Positions 1-8,346 of a DNA stretch of 64,000 nt are shown in pieces. The notes beneath the pieces were generated by a model. It was not told the origin of the DNA, did no database searches, and was given only the letters and a program-made list of their open reading frames with translations. The number at the start of each line of letters is the position of its first letter. Positions within the stretch are counted from its first letter, which is position 1. The stretch is from an uncultured cyanobacterium. GTDB lineage: Bacteria > Cyanobacteriota > Cyanobacteriia > Pseudanabaenales > Pseudanabaenaceae. A program made the position numbers and the translations under genes. Where the stretch lies: NCBI GenBank assembly GCA_963703315.1, contig OY969811.1:4384001-4448000 (forward strand), read 5' to 3'.

Positions 1-237
1 AAAGGCGATCTTGCTTTAGATGCCGTAAATAAAGCACTGGCTGCTGCTCCAAATAATCCAGAGTTACTTCATCTGAAGGGACAAATTTTATGGATTAGAG
101 GTGGTAGCGATCTGCCTGTTGCCGTCAAGCAATTTCACCTTGCTTTGAGTAAATCGAAGCAAATGAATCCTAGCCTGTTGTCAGAAATTCGCGAGCAATG
201 TCGTAGGTTATCTGGTACTGTCTGTCCCGAAAAATAG
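1..237 (+). CDS. 3' end of a TPR-containing protein (Sll0314/Alr1548-like), truncated by the window edge
   Basis: Frame 1 is open from base 1 to TAG at 235-237: KGDLALDAVNKALAAAPNNPELLHLKGQILW..., a TPR-like helix pair. Confidence 0.6.
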   Translation, partial: KGDLALDAVNKALAAAPNNPELLHLKGQILWIRGGSDLPVAVKQFHLALSKSKQMNPSLLSEIREQCRRLSGTVCPEK

Positions 238-245
238 TTGCTATG

Positions 246-349
246 TAAGTATCTGGGCATAATTAAAAACCAGAATTAAAACCTGTGGCGCACGCGCAGC
301 GTGCGCCACAGGTTTTAGGGTTTTATATTTAATTGCGCCTAGATACTTA
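246..349. mobile_element. MITE-like long imperfect palindrome (ends TAAGTATCTGGGCATAATTAA / TTAATTGCGCCTAGATACTTA)
   Basis: Terminal inverted repeats around the core CTGTGGCGCACGCGCAGCGTGCGCCACAG; the same core recurs at 19397-19426. Confidence 0.65.
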
Positions 350-460
350 ACAAAAGCAAAAAAGACTCGCATTGCGAGTCTTTTTTGTTTTTAAGATTCT
401 GCAAGCATTACTGGCTACAGCCTGAATAGGACACTCTTCGGTAAACTATTCTCAAAGTAA

Positions 461-563
461 TATAGCTGCCGCCATTTGCATTACCCCCCAAGATGAGTGG
501 CGGCGCATCGCGCCGCCACTCATCTTAGAGTTTTGTGTTCTAACAAGACTGGCGACAGCTATA
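461..563. mobile_element. MITE, TATAGCTGYCGCCA family
   Basis: Ends TATAGCTGCCGCCA ... TGGCGACAGCTATA with an internal GCGGCGC hairpin; relatives at 23153-23240, 48251-48365 and a left end at 20927. Confidence 0.7.
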
Positions 564-625
564 CCAATGAAAAAAATGGCAATACCATTTTTTTCATCTC
601 AGTTCACATCAAGCAAGAAAAAATC

Positions 626-1462
626 ATGGCGCAAGACATTAAACTGATTGTGGTAGATATTGATGGCACGATTAGCGGTGATGCCAATCAGGTTAATGAT
701 GCGGTCAAGCAAGCGGTAAAAGCGGCTCAGGCTAAAGGTGTAAAGGTGGCGATCGCTACGGGTAGAATGTATCGCTCGGCTGTCCGTTTTCATGAACTAA
801 TCGCTTCGGATATGCCATTGATTTCCTATCAAGGGGCATTCATCAAAGATCCGCAAACCGATGAATTAGTTGGACATTGGCCTGTTGAACTCGGACAAGC
901 GCTCTCTCTACTAGATGACCTTAAAGAATTTGCCACCAATGACAAACTATCAATTCATATTTATGTCAATGATGAACTCTACGTTCGGAAAATGACTGCT
1001 CAAACGGAAGCCTACGCCGAACGGTCTAAGGTTGGCGTGAAGGTAGTTGGTGATTTGCGAGAGTTTTTGACTGATGCGAATACTGATCATCCACCCACCA
1101 AGATTCTGGCTCTTAGCGATACAGAGGAATTAGTAACAGAAATGTTGCGAGTTCTCAAGGGTCGCTATACACCCCAGCAACTTTATCTCACCAAGTCCGT
1201 TGCTACTTTCTTTGAGGCTACCAATCCGATCGCGAATAAAGGTACGGCTGTCAAACATTTAGCCGAAAATATTTTTGGATTTGATCGCTCTCAGGTTTTG
1301 GCGATCGGCGATAATTTCAATGACTTAGAAATGATCGAATATGCAGGTATTGGCGTAGTGATGGGCAATGGAGCCGAAGGTCTAAAACCACTGGGTGATT
1401 GGGTTGCACCTAGTGTCGAAGAAGATGGTGTTGCCGCCGCGATCGCCAAATTTGTGTTATAA
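626..1462 (+). CDS. Cof-type HAD-IIB hydrolase
   Basis: Motifs DIDGT, ATGR, K-G-A and GDNFND; true start is ATG 626, since the upstream extension runs through a MITE. Confidence 0.9.
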   Translation: MAQDIKLIVVDIDGTISGDANQVNDAVKQAVKAAQAKGVKVAIATGRMYRSAVRFHELIASDMPLISYQGAFIKDPQTDELVGHWPVELGQALSLLDDLKEFATNDKLSIHIYVNDELYVRKMTAQTEAYAERSKVGVKVVGDLREFLTDANTDHPPTKILALSDTEELVTEMLRVLKGRYTPQQLYLTKSVATFFEATNPIANKGTAVKHLAENIFGFDRSQVLAIGDNFNDLEMIEYAGIGVVMGNGAEGLKPLGDWVAPSVEEDGVAAAIAKFVL

Positions 1463-1516
1463 ATTTTCATAAAAGAGTGTTCTAGCACTCTTTTATGCTT
1501 AAACCCTAAGGGAATA

Positions 1517-2992
1517 GTGATGCTAGAACCTCAAAAAGTCATTAACCAACGCTATCAGTTAGAACACCAACTAGGAAAAAATGCAGGTCGTGAGACTTGG
1601 TTGGCTAAGGATTTAGAGAAAGAGAATGAGCTTGTGGTGGTCAAACTATTGGCATTTGGGGGCAATGTGCAATGGGAAGACTTAAAACTCTTTGAGCGCG
1701 AGGCAAATGTCCTTAAGCAATTAAATCATCCACGCATTCCCAAATACCGCGATTATTTTTCGATAGACGATCGCTCTTTGTGGTTTGGATTGGTTCAGGA
1801 ATATATTCAAGGAGATTCTTTGCGTGAATATATTGCGAAAGGACATAAGTTTACCGAATCTCAAGTTAAACAGATTGCGATCGCGATTTTAGAGATTCTG
1901 ATCTATCTCCATGAACTAAATCCTCAAGTACTCTATCGTGATCTTAAGCCTAGCAATTTAGTTTTAGCGGCAAAAGAAGGAGGTGCGAAAAATATTTATC
2001 TAGTGGATTTTGGGGCAGTGCAAGATAAAGCATCGGCAGAAGGCAAATCTTTTACCGTAGTGGGAACCTATGGTTATGCGCCGATGGAACAGTATGGAGG
2101 GAGAGCAGTCGCTGCTTCTGACCTCTATGCACTGGGTGCGACGATGATTCATTTACTAACGGGCATATCGCCTGCGGATTTACCACAGGATGATGAAGCG
2201 AAGATTATGTTTAGCGATCGCACTAGCGCTAGTTCTCATCTGGTGCAATGGATTCAAAAGTTAGTAGAACCGACAGTTAAAAAACGCTATGCATCGGCAA
2301 GAGATGCTTTAAAAGCTTTAAGGGAACCGATTGCAATTATCGCCCCTTCCCCAGTAGTACCAATAAAGCGATCGCCCAGTACTAGTTCTGATACCTTCAA
2401 ATCTTATTCCAGATCTTCAATGCCTGAGACAAATATTATAGTGGAACAGTCGGCAACTCAACTCCGAGTAGTGATTCCTGCTCGTATTTGGAGTGTGATT
2501 GTTTTTTGTCTCTTGTTGGGAATCGCTGCTTTCGCATCTTACCCATTTTGGACAACTTTTCTAGAAGCGTTATTGTCTAATAACAATACCAATAAACTTG
2601 CGTTATTTGTAGTAGTAGTTTTGATATTGCTTATATTGTTGAATATTTTGATGACCGAGCTAACCACAGTTGTTTTGGAAGTCGGTGATCAGGAAACTTG
2701 GCTAACGCGATCGCTATTTGGGAAAACTTATTTGCAAGTAAAAGCTCCTACCAATACATTGCACGGGATTGAACCAATGTGGCGAATGCTGGAAAAAAGG
2801 AACAAGAGCATTTTAGATGATCTAATTTGGGCAAGTGCTGAACATAATGAAGATAATTCCAAAAAGGTCAATGTGTTTCTATGGTTGCAAGGAAAAAAGT
2901 ATGCATTAGCAACTAGTGATCTAAGACCTACAGAAGTCAATTGGTTAATGGATGTTATTGAAGAGTTCTTACATAAATTGCGGAGGAAATAA
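1517..2992 (+). CDS. Hanks-type Ser/Thr protein kinase with two TM segments and a C-terminal domain
   Basis: VVKLL, YRDLKPSN, DFG and GTYGYAPME motifs; hydrophobic segments near aa 325-380. Confidence 0.9.
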   Translation: MMLEPQKVINQRYQLEHQLGKNAGRETWLAKDLEKENELVVVKLLAFGGNVQWEDLKLFEREANVLKQLNHPRIPKYRDYFSIDDRSLWFGLVQEYIQGDSLREYIAKGHKFTESQVKQIAIAILEILIYLHELNPQVLYRDLKPSNLVLAAKEGGAKNIYLVDFGAVQDKASAEGKSFTVVGTYGYAPMEQYGGRAVAASDLYALGATMIHLLTGISPADLPQDDEAKIMFSDRTSASSHLVQWIQKLVEPTVKKRYASARDALKALREPIAIIAPSPVVPIKRSPSTSSDTFKSYSRSSMPETNIIVEQSATQLRVVIPARIWSVIVFCLLLGIAAFASYPFWTTFLEALLSNNNTNKLALFVVVVLILLILLNILMTELTTVVLEVGDQETWLTRSLFGKTYLQVKAPTNTLHGIEPMWRMLEKRNKSILDDLIWASAEHNEDNSKKVNVFLWLQGKKYALATSDLRPTEVNWLMDVIEEFLHKLRRK

Positions 2993-3942
2993 TGTGGCGA
3001 TCGCTTCTTAAAAACTTGACATCTTCTCAGATCTACTGGTTTAGCATTTTTTGCACAGTGGCGATCGCAGGTTGCTCAAATCCCTTTGCAACCGCAAATG
3101 TAACAGACCAAATCCGAATTGGAACTTTTAATCTAGAAAATTTTGATGGTCTAAATGCTGAAAAGTTAACATCAGTGAGCCAGATTATTGATCGTAATTT
3201 TGATGCGATCGGTTTGCAAGAGGTGAGTCCTGTTGCTGCCGAAAAACTAAAGGAGCAGTTGAATAAAAGTAAACAATGGGAATTTATTTTAGGAGATACA
3301 GGCAGTAAGCAAAGGGTCGCAATGTTCTATCGTAAAGACTTGATGACGGCACAAAAAGTAACTGAATGGCAACAGGTAAACATTACAGGAACTTTGCGAT
3401 CGCCCCTTGTGACTTATCTTAAAGCAGTGCCAACAGATAGCAAGAGTTTTGATTTCACTTTAGTGATTGTGCATCAGAAGGGTGGTGGTGGCAAAGATGC
3501 CGATCGCCTTCGCCAAAATCAAAGCGACTTACTGCGTAAAGAAGTTGACAAATATCAAAAAAATCCCCAATCTGATCCTGATTTAATCTTGTTAGGTGAT
3601 TTTAATAGTCCGACATGGGCAGACCAAAATCGGGGTTTACGCAATGCTCCACTAACATTTTTGACTAGAGCGATCGAAACTGATGCTAAAGAGAACTGCT
3701 TAAAAAAGCGTGGGCAACCGAAAACTGCTGATGGTCGTCCCAGATTTTCTAATCGTGGTACAGGTTGTGTCATCGATCATATTGCAATTTCTAAAGCTCC
3801 TCAAGGTGCAGAAGAAGAATATATTCCTCAATCCATTCAAATTCTCGATCCGCAGCAAGATTTAGGCTTTGATAGCGATCGCACCTATTTTTCTAATATT
3901 TCTGATCATCTGCCTGTACGAGCAATTTTTCGCACCAAGTAA
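2992..3942 (+). CDS. Endonuclease/exonuclease/phosphatase family protein, probable lipoprotein
   Basis: TFNLENF, LQEV, GDFNS, IDHI and SDHLPV motifs; IAGC lipobox. Confidence 0.85.
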   Translation: MWRSLLKNLTSSQIYWFSIFCTVAIAGCSNPFATANVTDQIRIGTFNLENFDGLNAEKLTSVSQIIDRNFDAIGLQEVSPVAAEKLKEQLNKSKQWEFILGDTGSKQRVAMFYRKDLMTAQKVTEWQQVNITGTLRSPLVTYLKAVPTDSKSFDFTLVIVHQKGGGGKDADRLRQNQSDLLRKEVDKYQKNPQSDPDLILLGDFNSPTWADQNRGLRNAPLTFLTRAIETDAKENCLKKRGQPKTADGRPRFSNRGTGCVIDHIAISKAPQGAEEEYIPQSIQILDPQQDLGFDSDRTYFSNISDHLPVRAIFRTK

Positions 3943-3968
3943 AAAGCGGCGCAAAGCGCCGCTTTTTT
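3942..3968. terminator. Bidirectional terminator-like hairpin
   Basis: AAAAAGCGGCGC-AAA-GCGCCGCTTTTT between convergent genes. Confidence 0.7.
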
Positions 3969-4811
3969 TTATAATCCAGAAGGTAACCCAGTGGGTCTGC
4001 CCTTCACGCTAGTGACGATTCTGCCCCAACCAGCTTCACCACCACCATCCCAGAAAATTTGTTGCATCACATCATAGCTGTAAGGATCATAGGCTCCACC
4101 AACACCGACATCATAACTATCACTAGCTCCATGACGAGTACCATAGGGATCATGCACAAGCCATACTCTCTTATCAGGATCATGACCCACAATCACACAA
4201 ATATGACCACTCCCTTTGTAAGCAAATCCAACCACTACTGGAATGCCAGTTTTGAGGGATAGTAATACATCTTTAGCAGAGAGGGAATAACTGAAGTAGG
4301 AGTTAATACCGAGTTCCTTTAAAGCCCATGTTTGAGCATCATGATCGGTGGTATCACCATATTTGCCGACGAGTCGCATATAGACTGATTCTGGTTCTGC
4401 AAACCCCTGTGCTTTCGCCATTGTCGTCAAGGCTCCAGATAGCACAAAGTCAGCTAGCATCGTATTACTAGTCGTATTGCACTGTCTCCAACCAGGTCCA
4501 AAGATTGCCTGATCGTTATCTAGTTGTGAAGCATATTTGACTGGTAACTTGATTAGACGATTGAGATCTTCCCCTTCAATCTTAATGTGAGGCTCATAGG
4601 CATACACCTTTTGTAATTGGGACTTGCCATCTAGGGTCGGAAAAGGAGAGGCAAGATTGAGGACAATGTGTTGATTGCGATCAGGGTTATATTCTGTGAC
4701 AAAAAATGCCTGATCTTTTTTAATAAAAACTTTCTCAGAATCGGCTAAATCCGTTGAACCCAGCAGCTTTTTTTTCAGAAAAGTGTCTTGTTGGGCGATC
4801 GCTTTTGGCAT
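3969..4811 (-). CDS. C39-like (papain fold) peptidase
   Basis: WRQCNTTS (catalytic Cys), GHICVIVG (His), VHDPYG (Asp). Confidence 0.75.
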   Translation of the reverse strand: MPKAIAQQDTFLKKKLLGSTDLADSEKVFIKKDQAFFVTEYNPDRNQHIVLNLASPFPTLDGKSQLQKVYAYEPHIKIEGEDLNRLIKLPVKYASQLDNDQAIFGPGWRQCNTTSNTMLADFVLSGALTTMAKAQGFAEPESVYMRLVGKYGDTTDHDAQTWALKELGINSYFSYSLSAKDVLLSLKTGIPVVVGFAYKGSGHICVIVGHDPDKRVWLVHDPYGTRHGASDSYDVGVGGAYDPYSYDVMQQIFWDGGGEAGWGRIVTSVKGRPTGLPSGL

Positions 4812-4964
4812 AGGACAACCTCAAAAATGAATGCGATAATCATATAAATCATCGCATACATATCGCATACATATCCCAATCAGGAATTAATGAAATAGTA
4901 AACAAGATTTTTATCGACAATCCAACGCTTTGCGTACTAAGCTATCAATTTAAGCTAAAGCCCC

Positions 4965-7628
4965 ATGACTAATGCCAACCTGCCCCGCCGTGAAAGTTTA
5001 GTCAATCGCTTAATTTTTGGGTTGACCACTAGCACTTCCCTATTAGCCACTGCTGCCTTAATATTGCTGCTGCATATCCAGCAAGGTACACCCGAATTAG
5101 AAGCTTTCACAACATGGCTGGCGATCGTGGTTCTCTCTACGGGGTTAGGCTCAGGTTTATTTGTGGCGATTTCAATTGTGCGGAGTATTCAGCCGCCACT
5201 TACCGAACTTGCAGAAGCTGCCGAAGAAATATCTACAGGCAATTTGTCAGCGCGATCGCAGTTAAATCGATCTGATGAAATCGGCGAATTTGCTAAGGTT
5301 TTTAATCGCATGGCAGCACATCTGGAAACTAAAACTGCCACCCTTGAGGCTCGTGATATTCAGTTTGCGCTGCAATCCCTCGATCGCGTATTAGTCAACA
5401 CCACCGATCAATACAAATTAATCAAGGCAAGTCTCGAAGAAATTTGTAAACTCACAGGCGCACAACTTGGTAGCATTTATCTTTGGGAAACTCCCACCTC
5501 ACGCCCTGATGGATGTCTGGTGCTAGCGGCGGAATGGGGCTATAAAACTAGTCAAGCGCTGACAGAAATTTCCCTCGGAGAAGGGATTATTGGTCAGGCA
5601 GGGCAGCTCCAAGAAGCGATTATTTGGGAAGGCGATCGTCTCAAAGGTCAAACCCTAGTGTATCGTACTCCCGTTGGTGATTTGCTCCCTCAAAGCCTTT
5701 CCGCCTATCCATTGATGCTCAGGCGCAGTCTCGTCGGCATTCTCTTTTTAGGTAGTCTCACGCCGCTTTCAGAACGAGGAAGGAATATCTTAGAGTCCAT
5801 CGGTCGTCGTCTGGCTACAGCAATTAGTAATGCTCAGAGCATTGAAACGATCGCCCGTCAGCGTGAAGAATTAACTACTGTATTCGAGCAGCTTGCCGAT
5901 GGTGTATTACTGAGCGATCCTGCGGGACGGATTCTGAAAATCAATTCCGCAGGACGTAAGATTCTGAGTTTCAATGCCGTTAATGATGGTGTACCTGCAT
6001 CGCCTGTGATTGCCAAATCAATGGAAGAGATTGTCAAACAATTTGACATCAGGCATCAAGATGGCGAACCTGTTGATTTAGCGAATCTAGTCGTATTTCG
6101 GGCAATGTCTACAGGGGAAGTAGTGGAAGATCAGGTGGTTTTGCGCCCACCTGAAGGGAATGAAATCATTCTCAGCACCAAAGCTGCACCGCTTGTGGGA
6201 ACAGAATCAGAACTAATTGGGAGTGTGATGATTTTGCGCGATGTCACAGAGCAGCGTTATCGCGACAAGGTGATGCAAGAGACGAACAAGATCATGATCG
6301 AGCAGCAGAAGCGGATGAGCATTTTGCAACGGCTCACCAACTTGATTAACCAACAATTGCAAGATCTAAATGTTCTATTGGAATCGGTGGTAGAGGCAAC
6401 CTGTGATGCGATTATGTGGGCAGAGATTTGTGTAATTGCGCTCTACAATCCTAAAGAAAATCGTCTGACCTTATCAGCAGCTAAGGGATTGCCCGATGAT
6501 TTCCCATTGCAAGAGTCTTTTGCCCTAGATGCTCAAAATCTGATTGCACAGGTGTTTAAGGAAGGTATTCCCATCGAAATTAAAGCGGGAGAATCGCACC
6601 TGATTGAGGATCTACCCGTAAAAAGTGCTTTATGTGTCCCGATTGAGTCTAGTCGCTCTGGGCGTTTGGGTGTATTAGCGATCGGGCATTTCCATTTGGA
6701 GCGAGCGAGTTCTCGTGAAGATTTGAATCTCTTGGCTTCTTTTGGTGTCCAAGCAGCGATCGCGATCGGTAATGCTCAATTAATTAATCAAATTGAAGCA
6801 CAAAATGCTCAGTTATTAGAAGCAACTCAACTTAAGAGTCAGTTTCTCGCCAATATGAGCCATGAACTTCGCACTCCCATGAATGCAATTATTGGCTTCT
6901 CCCAAGTGCTATTACGTCAACGACGCGATGCTCTTTCCCCCAGTCAAGTAGATATGGTGGAACGTATCCTTCGTAATGGCAAGAATCTGCTAGATCTGAT
7001 TAATGACATTCTTGACCTGTCAAAAATCGAAGCTGGTAAAATGGAAGCACATCCTGAATTGTTCAACCTTGATGAATTAATTCACCATACCTGTGAAAGT
7101 CTACAACCTTTAGCCAATGTCAAATCCCTTGATTTTGTATTCCATAATCATATTGGTACTTGTGCGATCTATCATGATTCAATTCGGATTAAACAAGTCA
7201 TTACCAATTTGGTGTCGAATGCGATTAAGTTTACCGATAGAGGCGAAGTTTGTATTGAGTTGAAATATGCTTCGGAAACTTTAAATACAACATTAGACAA
7301 TCCATCATCAGAAATAGTTACAGATACGACAAATCCATCTATTGAAGAATCTCAAGTTTCCCCCTTAGCAATATCCAATATTCTCATCTCTGTTCGAGAT
7401 ACAGGCATTGGCATTGATCCTGAGTTTCAACGTACAATTTTTGAACAATTCCGTCAAGTCGATCAGTCCTCCACACGCAAGCATGGTGGCACTGGTTTGG
7501 GTCTAGCGATTACAGAACAACTTGTATTATTAATGGGTGGCACAATCTATTTAGAAAGCGAAGCTAATCGGGGTTCTATCTTTACTGTAGAGTTACCACC
7601 ACGCTTACCACAGACGCAAGGAAGCTAA
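4965..7628 (+). CDS. Membrane sensor histidine kinase (TM-HAMP-GAF-PAS-GAF-HisKA-HATPase)
   Basis: FLANMSHELRTPMN H-box, NLVSNAIKFT, DTGIG, GGTGLGL; HAMP motif DEIGEFAKVFNRM. Confidence 0.92.
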   Translation: MTNANLPRRESLVNRLIFGLTTSTSLLATAALILLLHIQQGTPELEAFTTWLAIVVLSTGLGSGLFVAISIVRSIQPPLTELAEAAEEISTGNLSARSQLNRSDEIGEFAKVFNRMAAHLETKTATLEARDIQFALQSLDRVLVNTTDQYKLIKASLEEICKLTGAQLGSIYLWETPTSRPDGCLVLAAEWGYKTSQALTEISLGEGIIGQAGQLQEAIIWEGDRLKGQTLVYRTPVGDLLPQSLSAYPLMLRRSLVGILFLGSLTPLSERGRNILESIGRRLATAISNAQSIETIARQREELTTVFEQLADGVLLSDPAGRILKINSAGRKILSFNAVNDGVPASPVIAKSMEEIVKQFDIRHQDGEPVDLANLVVFRAMSTGEVVEDQVVLRPPEGNEIILSTKAAPLVGTESELIGSVMILRDVTEQRYRDKVMQETNKIMIEQQKRMSILQRLTNLINQQLQDLNVLLESVVEATCDAIMWAEICVIALYNPKENRLTLSAAKGLPDDFPLQESFALDAQNLIAQVFKEGIPIEIKAGESHLIEDLPVKSALCVPIESSRSGRLGVLAIGHFHLERASSREDLNLLASFGVQAAIAIGNAQLINQIEAQNAQLLEATQLKSQFLANMSHELRTPMNAIIGFSQVLLRQRRDALSPSQVDMVERILRNGKNLLDLINDILDLSKIEAGKMEAHPELFNLDELIHHTCESLQPLANVKSLDFVFHNHIGTCAIYHDSIRIKQVITNLVSNAIKFTDRGEVCIELKYASETLNTTLDNPSSEIVTDTTNPSIEESQVSPLAISNILISVRDTGIGIDPEFQRTIFEQFRQVDQSSTRKHGGTGLGLAITEQLVLLMGGTIYLESEANRGSIFTVELPPRLPQTQGS

Positions 7629-7641
7629 AAAATAGTGCAAG

Positions 7642-8286
7642 TTATTTACGAAAATCTTTACGTTTTTTGTGCCAATGCCGTAAAGCTAATGAACTAGCAA
7701 GTATCAATATACCTGCCGAAGCGTCAAACTCAAAGGGAACAGGAGTAATATCAAAAGTAGCGTTATTTAGGTTTCCTGTATTACCATTGAAGCTATCGTA
7801 AAAGCGTAATGTCCAAGTGGTATTGGGATTAGTGCCATCATTAAAATCGCTAAATGTATTTGCTACTAACGATGGTGATTCTACAAAAGCATTATCTTCT
7901 GGAGCAAAATTTCCTGTGTAGGGAGCGGAAGCACTGGAAATTAATGGTTGACTATCTATAAAAGTAGTACTAACTAAGTTGCTAGCTGATAATGAACTAA
8001 AGAGATTTAGGGTTCTACCGCTTGTATTATTTATTAAGTATCCTTCTAATTCGGCAAGGCTTGCATGAGTTAAATTGATGGTTAGGCTGTATGAATAGCT
8101 AGAAGATGTGGTGACTCCTGTAACGTTAAAAGTAAACTCTGTGGGAGTTGCTGTATTTGGAATAGACGAATCATTGAGTGCGCCAGTATTGCTGCTAAAT
8201 GAGAAAGCTTGTACTGACGGAGTAGATACAGTATAACTAATCGCAATAGTAGCTGTGGCTAATAGAAGTTTAGGTATTGTATGCAT
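7642..8286 (-). CDS. Secreted PFE-CTERM (PEP-CTERM-like) protein with a proprotein convertase P-domain-like fold
   Basis: Signal peptide (VQA|F); WTLRFYDSFNGNTGNL resembles a P-domain end; C-terminus is VPFEF + TM + basic tail. Confidence 0.7.
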   Translation of the reverse strand: MHTIPKLLLATATIAISYTVSTPSVQAFSFSSNTGALNDSSIPNTATPTEFTFNVTGVTTSSSYSYSLTINLTHASLAELEGYLINNTSGRTLNLFSSLSASNLVSTTFIDSQPLISSASAPYTGNFAPEDNAFVESPSLVANTFSDFNDGTNPNTTWTLRFYDSFNGNTGNLNNATFDITPVPFEFDASAGILILASSLALRHWHKKRKDFRK

Positions 8287-8346
8287 TAGATTTGGGAGTA
8301 TCGATGATTGCTAAGAAAGGTCGGGAAGCTTCATTGAAAAGGCTGA

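Noticed and set aside
497..625. N-terminal extension of the HAD ORF in the ORF track (similar extensions at 35516, 35621, 48187 and 32807)
   Set aside because: The extensions run through palindromes, MITEs or non-conserved spacers; family-like sequence begins at a downstream ATG.
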